Below are positions 35,188-47,942 of a stretch of 64,000 nucleotides of DNA, piece by piece. The first letter of the stretch is position 1. Each line of letters opens with the position of its first letter. The translations under genes and the position numbers were made by a program. The notes beneath the pieces were generated by a model that was not told the origin of the DNA, searched no databases, and saw only the letters and a list, made by a program, of their open reading frames with translations. This stretch comes from Trypanosoma brucei (Eukaryota): NCBI GenBank assembly GCA_000002445.1, contig CP000069.1:1440001-1504000 (forward strand), read 5' to 3'.

Positions 35188-36637
35188 TTATGCTAGAATC
35201 AAAAATGCAAGCCAAAGATGGGCCTTGTGAATGACAATAGAATTGCTACCTGTGGTGTTTTGGGTTTCTGCTGTTCCTGTTTCTTCAACTTGAGCTATGC
35301 ATTTGTCTTTTTTTAATTCGCATCCATCTTCTGTTTTGCATTTTTTGTCATTTATCGCTTTGCATTTGTCGCTTATTTCTTTTCTCACTCCAGGACTTCT
35401 TGATGCAGTTGCTACCGCCCTTGAGTCTATGAGCTGTTTGCCTTTCAAAAATGTTAGAACTTTTGCGGCGCCGTCGCTCCCTGCTGTTTCGAAGATCGTC
35501 TTGTCAAATGTCGTTTCTATTACTTTCAGATTGAGTGGTGCCTTCTCGATTGAATCTGTTATTTGTGCTGTGAACGCGTTTTGGTTGCTGCCGAGGTAGG
35601 TGTCTGTTATTCCCTTTTTTGACTGCGGCTCTGTTGGTGCTTTGCCACCTGGGTTTATCAGGTCCGTTAGAGCCTGCAGTGGTTTGTCGTTTGCTCTAAC
35701 CGTTGCCATGATATTCGGTGTATTGGCGTATAAGTGGGTTTTTGAGCTGAAGGATGCTGCAGAGTGCATTGCCTAGAGTATCCTTGTCGTATTCTGAGTA
35801 CGGAACTGTGTCGCTGACTTTGGCGCACGCTTTTGTTACCACATTTGTGAACAGATTGACGTCAACGGTTTTGTAGGCCGTTGTTTGCTCAGTTAGTCTG
35901 GTTGCCATGGCGTTGGCCCTTTGATTTACGAAGTCGTTGCCTTGCTCTATGCATGCTCCATGTTGCGTAGCTGATGCAGTTGGTGTTGTTTTTACTGTGC
36001 CTTTACAATGTTTTGTTACTGTGAACGTTGTTGGCGGCTTTGCAAGGTCGACCAATTTGATTTTCGTGTGCTTGGTCGGTTCTATGTCCGCTGCTTTTAC
36101 GCCACCGGTTTCAGATTCAAGTGTGCAGTTCGTTGTATCTGCTGTGAAGGACGCTGTGCTTGTGCACGTTGTCATTCCTGTTACGCTGCTTAGTTATTGT
36201 CCAGACTGGGCTTCAGAGCTAGAGACGTTCGCCGTCTCCGGCTGTGTTTTGTGTAATGTCAGCATAGTGGCTTCCTGCTGCTTGATTGCTCGGAAGGCTC
36301 TTTCGTATACTTGGCTCTCCTCATTGGTTTGGCTGTCCAGCGTGTGTAGGTCTGCTTCGGTTACCGCCATTGCAAGAAAAGTTATGTGACTCGGCTTCCC
36401 TTGGCTGAAAGCGGCTTTTATTCTGTAAGCTAATGCTGCTTGTATTGCTTGTCGGCGGATCGCTATTGCAGAGGGCCGAGATTGCTCTAGTTTTCTTGCC
36501 AATTTGTGAAGGTACTGCGCCGCGGCGCAAGCAGTTGATACTGCCTTCGTCGCCGTGTCCTCGATTTCTGCGGCTCCTACAGGCATGCTACTGACAAGTG
36601 TCATAACAAATGCGTGCCACAGGCTTTCTGACTTCAT
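35188..36637 (-). pseudogene. VSG: VSG pseudogene (A-type; 2 frameshifts)
   Basis: 36194-36637 true ATG, signal MKSESLWHAFVMTLVSSMPVGAAE; 35696-36175 middle; 35188-35769 C-domain (CKAINDKKCKTEDGCELKKDKC) + GPI tail GSNSIVIHKAHLWLAFLILA. Confidence 0.8.
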
Positions 36638-37434
36638 TTTTCTATTCTGTTTTGCTTTGACCAGAGAAGAAGAGCTGTTTTATCGCTTGAATGGGGTCTT
36701 ACTGCCTCATATGGTGTCGGTATATCAGGAAAACGGTAAATGCACACCTGTGTTTATTATGTCTGTAGCCCTTTGTGTTTTGTGTTGGTTCCTAATTTTT
36801 TAAGTTGCTACGTTTCCCAATATTGTCCTCTATTTAAATCCTTTTCCTCCTTTTATTCACTATGTCAATACATTTCACGTTAAACTATTTACCTTGATTG
36901 ACATATCCTGCTGTTGGTAAAACTTGCAAGTGCTTCACGGCCATTTTGAATTCTCCCTCGTCGGCTTCAGTGCTAATAACCTTGAAACGCCATCAGATTA
37001 AGCACCACCTCCGCAAAAATCTCTTCCTTTGTACCAAAATATTTTCTAATAAAATATTTGGCGCCATCGGGTCTTTTTCATTAATAAGTATCTTCCGTTT
37101 TGTGCTTCTCAATTGTTTTACACTGTCATTTTATTCTTTATTTTTCATTTTCTTCGCCTGCTGTCGCTTTTTCTGTTAATAAAGTCCAGACCGCATTTAT
37201 CTTGTATAGTGAACTCTGTTTGTCCATCATTCCCTTGTGCATAATAATGCCCACCTCTGTGTCTGTGCAGGAAAATTCGCATATTCTATCTCCTTTTCCA
37301 TTTTCCTTCCTGAATTCCTTCAATAATAATATTCCACGTACTCTCCATCTTGCTCATTGTTTCTTCTAACTCACTCGCTCTCACATAACCTTTGCTATCG
37401 TTTTAACTTCTCGCATTTTTCTCTTCCACTTAGT

Positions 37435-37535
37435 CATTATTATCATTACTGCTCTTTTTATTACATTAGTATGCACACACTCCCAACACTTTCCCATTAT
37501 CGCTGTTAATATTACTATTACTCATAACTCTAAAT
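37435..37535 (-). repeat. 70-bp repeat (1-2 copies, somewhat degenerate)
   Basis: attatcattactgctctttttattacattagtatgcacacactcccaacactttcccattatcgctgttaatattactatt...ataactctaaataatatccataaaataaac. Confidence 0.7.
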
Positions 37536-37789
37536 AATATCCATAAAATAAACAACATAAGACAAATTAAAATATCACTCATTTTTCATACCGTGCCACC
37601 CTACTAATTAAAACCTATAAGCAACTTTCACACCAAAATTTCATATTTTCAGTTGCTGAGAAAGTGTTAAAATATGGCAAAAATAGCTAAGTTTATAAAT
37701 TATATAGAGTTTCATAAAACTGAGCAGAATTATTTTAGAATATTAGAATGCTAGAATTAAACGAAAAACTAACACAGCAAGCACCTGAG

Positions 37790-39240
37790 GAACAGAAACT
37801 CTCAAATTGTGAGAAAACGATTTTTCATCTTACTTGTCAGTTTCAACTGCCGGAAAGCATCTTTCACCCTCAGGCTTTTTATTATCAAAATCACAGCCAG
37901 TTTCATCTTTCCAAGGTTTCTCTGTGGTATGCTTTTTGCATTCGTCTGCTGTTTTAGGTGGATCTGCTGGTTTGTCTGCTTTTGATGGACATGAGGAGCC
38001 AGCTTGGTGTTTCTTTTTTTATTCCTGTTCCTTAATGAAACGGCGAACAGCGTAATAAGTCGTAGCATCTGCGATATCTTGTGGTGCTGTTATTGTTTTT
38101 AGCTGTCTGTCGCCATTTCCTCCGACAGCGGCTTTGGGCGGAGTCAGGTCGTCAAGCGACTTTCCTATAGTGTTTATGATTTCGTCTCCATTTTCACCAA
38201 TGGCTTCCTTTAGTAAGTTATCCACTTTGGCTTTAGTCTCTTGGTTGCTGTACTTCGCCGTTTCACCTTCTATCACTGTCGCTATTTTTTCCATGAGAGT
38301 GCTACTTGTTATTACCGTTTTTAAGTCCAGGTTCATCGTCAGCCGTCTAAGCTCCGAGGTTACTTTTTCTAGGACTGCTATGTTTTTTTAACTCTGCCGC
38401 AATGGTTTTGGCGCTCGGTATGTCCGTGCTCCCTGTGGATGCTGTATACTCTTCCTGGCTCCCGTATGTTTTGCGCGTTAGTGCAAGTGTTTCTTCAACG
38501 AATAGTTTGCCGCTCACTACCGCTAGTTTGGTGGTTTGGCCACTCGTGCAGGCGTTGCTGGCTGTGTGTTTGCCTGTGGCCGCCGCATGTGCGCACACCG
38601 TGAGTACTGAGTCAACTCCAGCGTTGGTTACAGTTGCCGTTTTTAAGCCGATTAATACGATTGAGTTCGTTCTTGTGCTGTCTGCCGTCGGCGGTGTTGC
38701 ATCAATGTCTCGGGCGGTTGCATCCCGCATGTAAGCCGCGTTTTCGTTGATTTTCGTCGTCAGCTAGATCTTCTGGTACCTGTTGTCAGAAAATCCGTTG
38801 TTTGCTCTGACAAAGTTAGAGGAATTAATGGCAGCTGTTGCTAGCTCTACTATAGCTTCCATTTGGCCTCTAAGTTTGTAAGCTGATCTCGCAGCAGCGT
38901 AGATCGTCTGACGGTGCTTATTGATCGTGTTTTATACCTCGCTAGCTAAACCCAGTAGCCTCTGGGACAGAAGATTGGCGACAAGCGATTGTTGGCCGCT
39001 TGATGCTTGAGCTACTAGCTGTAGCTTCGCCGCTGTAGCAGCTGCTGCAACGCTCTGCTGTGCTCCTGTTGTTAATATGGCCAGAGCGTTGTCTGCCAGT
39101 TCCTTTAGATAATCTGCCGTATGTCAGGGTTTTTTTGCTGCCGCCTTCAGTGGGTGCAGAGTAGGGGGGCCGACTGCATTTCTTGCTGCGAATAGAGCTA
39201 ATAGAATGTATACTCTTACATGCGATAGCGGTAAAGGTAC
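37790..39240 (-). pseudogene. VSG: VSG pseudogene (A-type; multiple stops and frameshifts)
   Basis: C-domain ECKKHTTEKPWKDETGCDFDNKKPEGERCFPAV plus an out-of-frame hydrophobic tail VLAVLVFRLILAF at 37790-38000. N-domain pieces 38019-38336 and 38347-38730. Further N-terminal sequence with stops at 38740-39130. Confidence 0.7.
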
Positions 39241-40494
39241 ATGTGCCAACGTTACTGTTAAAGTCCGTCGGAAGTTCTGGCCGTTTCGGGTTTGCTGGTG
39301 CATCGCTACCTTCTTTTGTTTTTTGAGAGATTTATTGCTCTTCAATGTTCCAAAAGTGGGAAATTGTACGCCATATGATTAAAAAATGTTTCTAGAAAAA
39401 TAGAACTCAGTTGAGCTAAAATTGTCCACTTTAAAAAAACCTTTATAATTGTACATCTATATCTCAAACAGTTAAGATTTGTTTTTTTTGCTTCTAATGT
39501 ACCACAATTCCTTTGTTCTGATGCACATTAAATGAAGATATAACGCCGGTGTTTTCGGCTCACACGTTGATATTTTCATTTTTCGCAATAATACTGGCTT
39601 ACTGTAGACCTCTTTCGTTTTTTTCTTGGAAATTAATATACTGGTTTCAAAGTTTTTCCTGAAGTTTCTTAATGCATTCCGTCACTGCCGCGTCAGTGCG
39701 TATTCTTCTGGGAATTAACTGTTTCCTGAAATCCCTTAATGTGTGGCAAGTTTAGCAATACGAAATGGGAAGAGTATCATTACAATTTTTTGTAGTTTAT
39801 AGAATCCCTCTATCGCATCATATACGTTGAAGTTCAAGCCGTTTTCTCCTTTTGATTCTCCTTTCGCTGTTAAAACTAGTATATTAGAGTTCTTAGTTTT
39901 AAATTGTCATCCACATAATATAATATTGTTGCCGAAAAATGTTACTAAATTTTAGTGTATTTGTTAAGAAGAGGCCTTTGACATTATATAAACTTACCCA
40001 GTCCATCACCATCTCTTACCCTTTACAGCTAGACATTATGATCGGTAATCAGAGTAAAAACAATAGTCACCACAATCTCTGGTGTAGTATCTATCTTTTT
40101 TAAAGAAACGCAGTGCATCATCGACAACTCCTCTTCCTTCTAAAGTATTGTTTCCCCCGGTGTTGTGATATCCGTATCGTCTTGTTTTTTTTCATATTTT
40201 CTTCCTTTTCAATTAGTTTTCTATCGATGCTTCTGTAGGAAACGTAGCAAAACTATTTTTCTTGTGTGATAGACTCTGTCACTCCACAATTGTCCACTTA
40301 ATAACACCCTTGTATGATAATATATTTCATCCTATTTGTGTTTAAAAATGCATATATTCCATCTCTCTCCTTTTTCTTTAATAAAAATTCTTTATGCTCT
40401 CCGATTACTACTCCAATTCACTCACTTATTAGAATTGCACCCTTGTTATTAATTAAGTGTCTCTCTTTAGTGGTTTCGGCTAACCCACTACACA

Positions 40495-40572
40495 TCTATT
40501 ATAATATTAGTGTAAACAATCTCATAATACTCTCCAATAACTATCATTATTATTACTATTATAACCCTGACT
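40495..40572 (-). repeat. 70-bp repeat, single degenerate copy
   Basis: ataatattagtgtaaacaatctcataatactctccaataactatcattattattactattataaccctgac. Confidence 0.65.
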
Positions 40573-40780
40573 GATATCCATAAAATTAAAAAATAAGCAA
40601 AATAAAACGAATTAAGGAAATTATAATAGCACTCATTTTTTATACACTATCAGCTTGCTAATTTTCACCCATAGGACACAATCATAAAACTTTTAGCACA
40701 CTTCATAAAATTTTAGCGAATTTTCTCAAATATCAAATTGCATAAACTTCATAAATTTAGACAAAAATATTTTATAAACT

Positions 40781-42244
40781 TTATTTTAGAAGCAAAACTA
40801 CAAGCAAAAGAGGGCTTTTATGAATGAAAATAGAATTGCTTCCCGTAGTGTTTGTTGTTTTCCCATCATTCCCTTCTGTTTCTTGGTTTGATTTTTCTAG
40901 TTTTTCTTTCACCTCCTTTTTCAACTCACACTTTTTGGTGTCAGTATTAAAACTGCACCCCTTATCCTTTAGGCCTTTACATTTATCTTCATCATCTTTT
41001 GCTTCACCGCAAATTTTTTCTGTTGCCTTTAGATCTTGGTGTTTGGTAGACTCTTCTAGCCTTTTATCAAGCGTTGCGAAGTCTTGGGATAAACGTTGCT
41101 GGTAGTAGCTCAACAAGTTGGTTAATTCGATGCTGTTTTTGATGTCCTCGAGTTTTGTAGGAGTTTGTCGCATCGCTGCACCTTTTGGAATATCCTCTTT
41201 TTCAATTAATGTTATAATTGTGTTGATGGTATCCACATTTGTATTGGAGAAAACGGTTTCTATTGCTTTCTTTTCATCGCTGCCTTGGTGGTCTTTTGCT
41301 TCGCCGAACAAATTTTGCGCGGCTTCCTTCAGTGCCGCTCGTTCTGTGAGGTCGCCGCTTTCGTTGGCGTACTCTGTGGGCAGCGTCCGGTCGACCAACT
41401 TTATGGCTGCATGTGCCTCCGCCCAGTGCTTTAAGCCGTCGCTGGTCGTTTTGATTAGGTTTGCCTTGTTTGCCGTTGCCAGTTCCCCCGCCGTGTTGGG
41501 AATCGTCAGGTACCCAGCCATCACCGTCACCGCTGCATCTGTTCCCCCGCTCTTGGCGAAACCCTTGCTGTTGTGCGCCGTTGTTAGGTGGCATTCTTTG
41601 GTCGCCGCTGTTGGTTGGTGCTTGTTGCCGCCGGTCCCTTCGACTAAGTTTATGTATCCTGCGGTTGTTATGTGGGTCGGTGTCCGTCGCGTTGCGGTGA
41701 TTGGGCTTTGTGTTAGCTTGCACTCTGTTTGGCCGAGTTTTGTCGTAGCGCTGCGTGTCACTGGCGTGTCTGCGTTTTCATCTGCCAGTAGGCACGCGTT
41801 GTTGCTCCCGTCGACCGTTTGCTCCAGTAGCTTAAGGAAATCGTCGACCAGACCCTTTACGTAAGCGCTCCGACTGGCGGCTTCTACTTGTTGTTTTATA
41901 TAGGTGTCTTTTAGTTGCCTAACTGCTGTGGCTGCTTTGGCTTCGTAGGCTGCTGCTATGGTGATAGCCGCTTTTGTCCATTTGTGCTTGGGGTTTTTTA
42001 GGCTGAAAATCCTTGCCCGCTTCGCTGCCGCGTCGAAGTCTATTGTGGCTGCGATCATCTCCGTCGCTTCTTGTAGAACGTGACCTTCTATGCCGTCTAA
42101 TTCTTCGCTTACTTGACATAGCGGTTCCCACGTGGTTTTCTTTATGCCGACGCCTGTGGCGGCGTCTACGCGTTTAAGCCCGGTTGCGAGAAGCAGCGTC
42201 ATCACGAAAAGCACTAATGGCTGCAACCATTGCGAGCTCTGCAT
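40781..42244 (-). CDS. VSG: VSG, apparently intact (A-type, 487 aa)
   Basis: True ATG (cat 42242-42244). Signal MQSSQWLQPLVLFVMTLLLATGLKRVDA. N-domain TTWEPLCQVSEELDG. C-domain CGEAKDDEDKCKGLKDKGCSFNTDTKKC. GPI signal GSNSIFIHKSPLLLVVLLLK. Confidence 0.85.
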   Translation of the reverse strand: MQSSQWLQPLVLFVMTLLLATGLKRVDAATGVGIKKTTWEPLCQVSEELDGIEGHVLQEATEMIAATIDFDAAAKRARIFSLKNPKHKWTKAAITIAAAYEAKAATAVRQLKDTYIKQQVEAASRSAYVKGLVDDFLKLLEQTVDGSNNACLLADENADTPVTRSATTKLGQTECKLTQSPITATRRTPTHITTAGYINLVEGTGGNKHQPTAATKECHLTTAHNSKGFAKSGGTDAAVTVMAGYLTIPNTAGELATANKANLIKTTSDGLKHWAEAHAAIKLVDRTLPTEYANESGDLTERAALKEAAQNLFGEAKDHQGSDEKKAIETVFSNTNVDTINTIITLIEKEDIPKGAAMRQTPTKLEDIKNSIELTNLLSYYQQRLSQDFATLDKRLEESTKHQDLKATEKICGEAKDDEDKCKGLKDKGCSFNTDTKKCELKKEVKEKLEKSNQETEGNDGKTTNTTGSNSIFIHKSPLLLVVLLLK

Positions 42245-44099
42245 ATTATCCTCTCTTTTTCACCTTCTCTTGAGTAGCTGTTGCCTTGGCCTTGCAAAAT
42301 AGAGGAGGAAGTTCTTAGCGTTGGTATTTCAGTGAACATTCGTTGATGGAAACTTGACTGATTGCCCACATGCGAGGTAACTTTGCTAGTAGTTGGGGCA
42401 GCTTTGTTCATGTCTGTGGTTTCCGGTGGTTACACCTGCAGCGCTACAGCTAATAAAGGCGGTAGTAGAAGAGTACATTCTAGCAGCTCGTTCTGTGTAC
42501 TGTTGCGCGGGTGTAAGGCTCCGTCCAACCAGGCATTTCTAGTAGTGTTGTTACAGAAAATTTTTTTAGAATGCGCTTGGCTATGCTGTTCTTAGGCTGG
42601 ACGTTCATGGAGTTCCATGGTTGTTGTTCACCGGTGTTCGGGTTACAGGCGACAAGCCACCTTTGCATTCGGTTTTCCTAGCAAACCTTTTTGCAGTGTC
42701 GCGCCGTAAGGCGATCCTTGGTTCACGAGTTAGCTGTTCCGCTGCGTAAGACCAGGAAGGATAAATTCTCCACTGCTTTGGTTTGTTTCTCGCAGCCCTC
42801 TATTTTTTTCCTGCTTCAGCTACGATAGGAATCTCTTTTTTTTTTCACAAAGGCCTGTCCTGTTTAAGTTACGCCTGTATTCTGCTTCAGAAGGTCCATG
42901 GTGTTTTGGTTTAGGCTGTGTTCCGGTGTACTTAGAGCGTCCGCATAGTGCTTGATGATTTTGGCTATGATTGGTTCGCATACGCACGATGAAGTGCATT
43001 CGTTGTTTTTGTTCGTAGAAGAATGTGCCTTTTCCATTATTTTAGAGTAGAATAGAAACGAAATTGTAAGTGTTGAGTGTCACTTCATCTTTTTTTCATG
43101 GTTTTTTTTGTTTAGGGGAAGAGGTGAGTAACTTTTGGAGAGTCCATTGGAAACTTCTCTGTGCTTTGCCCCTTCTGCGTTAAGGATAAAGACTGTCCAT
43201 TGAAAATATTAACCTAGACAGTGCGTGTAGGCAGAGAAGTGTCGTGTCTTCCAGCTTAGGTGACCTTTCTGCGATACCTTGGTATTTCTCATTGTATTTT
43301 GTGGTTTAGTTTTCTTTTTTTTGTGAGGTGCCCTGTCATGGCGGGAAGAAGGCAAATTTTTCTGCTGCATTTATAAATGAAGGTGCTATAGCGGTTACAC
43401 CGCCGTCAGTTCCTCTGAGTTGTGCTTGTATAAGACTTATCGTGAGCTGGTGTGACGTAATCTATACGATAACTACAGTTGAAGTAAACTTCAACTTTTT
43501 GGCGGATGTTTTGCCACATACGAAGCCGATGTGTTTGCCAGGTAATCTGCCGCCGTCATCGGCTATCGACGGAGATGATTGCTGTAAAATCTCTATGTGT
43601 CTCTTTGATGGTTTCTTCTGCTGTGATAAAGCGACCGTCGTACATTTTTGCTGTCCTGCAACTTCTTTGTTTGCTTTCCTTAAATTTTCATAACAATTCT
43701 TCATTACCAAGTATGCTCAAACGAAGCTATTGCGCAGGTCAGTGTTGAGTTCGTGCCAGAAAATGGTTTGTTGCCAGGTGTGTTTGCCGAGGCATGGATC
43801 AGCAGGAGGAGATTGTATTTGATAAATCCTGACACTTGTCGGCTCTGGTCTGCGTAGTCAATCGTTTTTACTCGTCAACCCTGTTTTGTGTTGTTTATTT
43901 TTGTTTATATTAACCTTCGAGCATATTTTTAGTTGCGTGTGCTCCATATAGTTTTTCTGATGTTCTAACAGAGCCATAAAAATCGGAACAATCTCCTTTG
44001 CATCAATTTAATCGCCTTTTCAACTCATAAATTAAAACACGTTACCCGTATCTCCTTCCACACAGTAAAGTAAAACCCCACATTCATTTGATAAACCGT

Positions 44100-44111
44100 T
44101 ACTCACTTGAT
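44100..44111. repeat. 12-mer tactcacttgat, copy 1 of 3 (flanks the RIME-A-type fragment)
   Basis: Identical 12-mer at 44100-44111, 44337-44348 and 49591-49602, each abutting an ingi/RIME terminus. Confidence 0.7.
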
Positions 44112-44336
44112 GGATGACACTGCTGATGGCACACTGGCACGTGCCAAGGGACCGACAAATGAAAAACGGTGTCCCAGCAAGACGCTGCTGATCCCTGTGC
44201 TGTATGATGCCGTAGCCGGAACAAAGCAGTGTTCCCTATGAGAGGAACTCTGCTGGCTCTTGGCTTCCCCCGATGATACGGGGTACTGGACCCTGGCACC
44301 ACGTTGAGGTGGCCGGCATCGCCAGGGTACTCACTT
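44112..44336 (-). mobile_element. RIME-A-type fragment (first ~225 bp of an ingi/RIME 5' end), 3'-truncated
   Basis: ~95% identical to the ingi 5' end at 49366-49590. Ends at the same ccaggg terminus. Bounded on both sides by tactcacttgat. Confidence 0.75.
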
Positions 44337-44348
44337 GATTTTTTGGAA
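44337..44348. repeat. 12-bp target-site duplication of the ingi (3' side), followed by a T5-6 run that is the poly(A) tail on the minus strand
   Basis: tactcacttgat then ttttt, then the ingi 3' terminus begins at 44354. Confidence 0.7.
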
Positions 44349-45145
44349 TTTTCTTCGTGCCTTCGTGGGAGTTTCCCCCCACTGGCGCGGCCATCAGCCA
44401 TCACCGTAGAGCCCTGAGATGCTATCGGTCTGGCGACTGTGGCAGAGTCTCCCTTTTTTATTCATCCTAACACACCCTCTATAATTTTTGTTGTAGCTCC
44501 GCAGTTGAACGGAATACAGCAGATGGGGCGAGAAGCCCCCCTCACCCCGGACTCTCCCAAAGATGTCAATTAGCAATCCTTTTGTTTTGATTTTTGTTAT
44601 TCGTTTATTATTCTCTTCCCCTCTTTCTGTTTCTGTTGCTTGTTGATTGCATACCCCCTCTGTCTCTGAGGGTGTCTGGACTATTCCTGCGTCCGGTGCT
44701 TTTCCTGCTGGCTCCACACTCGGCAATAAGGGGGGAAGTTGCAGAAGGGAAAGTGGGTTGTATGACTTTTACCTTAGGTGAGGACTTCACCTGTGGCCGG
44801 CTCCGTTCAACCGCAATGAGAAACTGTGCCAGCCTTTTAGAGAAACATACATCCTGCACACACACACCTTCTACCGCAAACCTGACACGTAACTCCTTCA
44901 AACCGGGACAGCTCATCAGGTGCAGCGACGTTTCTTCGCAGTCGCCGCGTTGGCTCGTAACAGTGCGCTCTGCTCCCATACCGTGCATCTTCTTTTGATG
45001 TAGGGTGAGGCCAGTTTTGCTAGCACACTGCCTTCCGCCTGTCTGGCACACCAACATGGATGTGTTTGTATGCGGGGAATCAGTGGCACCCAATTTTGTG
45101 ATTTTGCTGCATTTAAGCTCGACTCCCTCACCTTAGTGGAAAGCC

Positions 45146-45706
45146 TTACAGTGTCGGATGAGGGAGGCCCCGCAACTGAGCACTTTTTTGGCACACACCA
45201 CACTGCACCTCGCCCTTCCCCGGGACGTCAACGTTTCCCTCACGGGCACGCTTACGAGGGAATTGCACCAACACCACGGTACCGTCCTCCGTCACTATGC
45301 TTTTATGTTTGAATTTCTTGTGTAGTGACAGGGAAGAGTGTGTACCGAAGCTCGCCTCGCACAAGTCACATTGAAACGGCAGCTTCCGTGTATCCTGAGA
45401 GGCTGGCGCTGTTGGGACGCTACCATCTCCTTGCAATGAGTCTTCGTTCTCTCGCCCCCTTTTCACGCGGCAACTACCGCTGCCTATGCCATGTATTGTT
45501 CTAAGGTGGTGTAGTAGTCGGGCTGGCACTGCGAATTTGGAGGCACAGATGGTACAATGAAGCACCTGCGGTCTCATCGGGACTCGTGTGCTCGATGGTA
45601 GAGGAACGATCGCCACCACTGGAGGGGGCTCCGGGGGGGATGTCCACTGCGGGTGTTGCATCGCCGTATTTGATCCTCCGGAGGGCATCAGCTCGCACAA
45701 AGCCAT
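45146..45706 (-). pseudogene. ingi ORF fragment: C-terminal C2H2 zinc-finger region
   Basis: HCTICASKFAVPARLLHHLRTIHG and FQCDLCEASFGTHSSLSLHKKFKH. Confidence 0.7.
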
Positions 45707-47942
45707 GTTTGTTTACCATATGCGTTACAGCACTCGAGCGGCATTGGTATGTGGCATCACATTCCGTACATTTGGTCGGTTCGGAGGTTCTTTGAAGAGT
45801 GCGTGTCGCAACAGGTGGGGCCGTTTGTATTGTTGGCCCTATCGCTGCATGTTGCGGGTTGCACCATCGGCACTGTGGAGGCACACTCGGGTTGATCTTT
45901 CGCAACATCCATCCATAGTGTCTTGAAGACCCAACCCGAAAGCGTGCCAGTGCTGTTTCTTCTTCCCTCGTCAGTTCTTCCTTATGTTTTGTTGGAAAGT
46001 GGTTGCCCGTGATACCAAACCTATGAGTGTTCTCATGGACTTCTTCCGACCTAAGCACTCGCTTCGCATAAGCAATGATGTCGGGGATCCATGTGTCTCG
46101 CAACTGTGGTAAATCTGCGGCCTTTTTGGCCATTTCATCGCAAACCTCATTCCGTTTCATGCCACAATGGCCAAACACAAATTGCAGTCGGATACACACC
46201 TTTCTTCTCTGAACTTGAAGCAGAAGCCTCCATAGTCGTCTTAGAATTGGGTCCGTTACGGCTAGGGGGCCTGTCTGCAGTGCTGTTAACATTGACAGCG
46301 AGTCAGAGAAGATGGACAACCTGCTCGGTGTGCTTCTGTATGCCGGAAGCCATTTCAGCAGCCTTTGCAGTCCTATCTCTAATGCTACGCATTCCGCTCT
46401 GTAACTGCATGAGAGTTCCCCTGCTCCTGTCTTGGGTGCGCAAATCAGCGTGTTGTTTCTGTAGAGCAGGGCAGCTGCTCCGGACTTCTCACCGAGGGAC
46501 ATGGATCCATCAGTCCACAATTCGTAGTGCTCTCGCCGCGGTGGCTCCTTCCCCCTCCGTGCAAAATGCCGTTCAATCCACTTTTCGGAAGCCTCCCTTT
46601 TGACATCGTCAGGGTCATCAGCGCACACAGGCTTTATCTGCGTGTGAAATATCGGTCGGCAGCTGTGGCGGAGCGTCGATGTCTCTAGTGGGTGCTCGCG
46701 TGGCTCAATGCGGAGGTGGGGGTAGGACCGCATGATGCGGGAATGTAGGACTCTGACTGGATGTTTGCTGTGGTATACTTCTTCAGCACTGCGCCGTAAA
46801 CATCCGCCTCGTGACTCACACATCAGCATGAATTTCATGCTGCGCACAAGAGTGGTCGTCTTGAGTGGCAGGAGGTTTGCTTCCAGCAGAGAGTCCTCTT
46901 TGCGCGTCCCATGCGGTATGCAAGCTATGATGCGACTGGCTTTGTGTTGTGCTGCTGCAAGGAGGTCGCGACTTCGTTCCGAAGTGTCCCAGTACCATAC
47001 CTCAATGCCATACATGGTGTGTGCCTGTACGAGTGCTAGATAAAAAGCTCTCAGTACTTGTCTTCTTGGCTCCCATGTAGAAGCTGAGATGGCTGCTATC
47101 TGCAGTAGTCGGAAGTCCATCTTGCGTCTCGTTTCTGCAGCATGTGTTGCCATCCCCTGCAGACACTGGAATGTTACTCCTAGAAGCTTCGGTGTCCTGT
47201 CAGCTCCTATTCTTTTGCCGTCCAGTTGTAATGTAAGGGGGTGGCGCTCTATAAACCCGAAGAGTGTGCACATTGTTTTCGCTACATTGACAGACATGAA
47301 GTACTCTTTTGACCACTGTAACACCACGGTTAGGCCGCATTGTAGTGTGTGGTTGATGACATCCCTCTCTGTGTGCCTCGCAAGTAGCGTCAGGTTGTCT
47401 GCAAAGAATCCGTGCTGCAGTAACGGCACTTCTGCAAGGCATTGGCTCAACGAGTTCATGACAATAATGAACATGATTGGACCAAGGACAGTTCCTTGTG
47501 GCACTCCTCGCTCAAATGTTCTGCTTCTGGAGAGCTTCTCCTTGAATCTCACTCTGCCAGTTCGGTTACTCAGAAATGATACGCACCACTTCACAATGTG
47601 GGGTGATACCTTCATTCTGTGCATTTCCCTCGCAATTTTGTCGTGGTCTACTGTATCAAATGCCTTCTCGTAGTCGACGAATACAGCACCCGTACGATAT
47701 TGGTGCGTGGGGCGGCAGAGGGCAGCGCGGACGTGCAGGAGTTGTTCGAGCGTTGAGCATCCGGGGCGAAAGCCTGATTGCTGCGGCGTCAGCTGGAACT
47801 CAACAGTGTCTCTAAGCCTCGTGGCAAATATGCGCTCCATGACTTTGCAGAGACAGCTCGTGAGCGTCACAGGCCTGTAAGAATCGAGGTCCTCCGCCTT
47901 TTTCCGGCCTTCAGGATGGGGATGATAACACCAGTCTTCCAT
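45501..47942 (-). pseudogene. ingi ORF fragment: reverse transcriptase domain
   Basis: 813-aa ORF with RT motifs (…GPIMFIIVMNSL…, QHGFFADNLTLLARH). Confidence 0.8.

Noticed and set aside
44394-44726. 110-aa ORF overlapping the ingi 3' region
   Set aside because: It lies within the non-coding/RIME-B part of the ingi in an alternative frame. No independent support.
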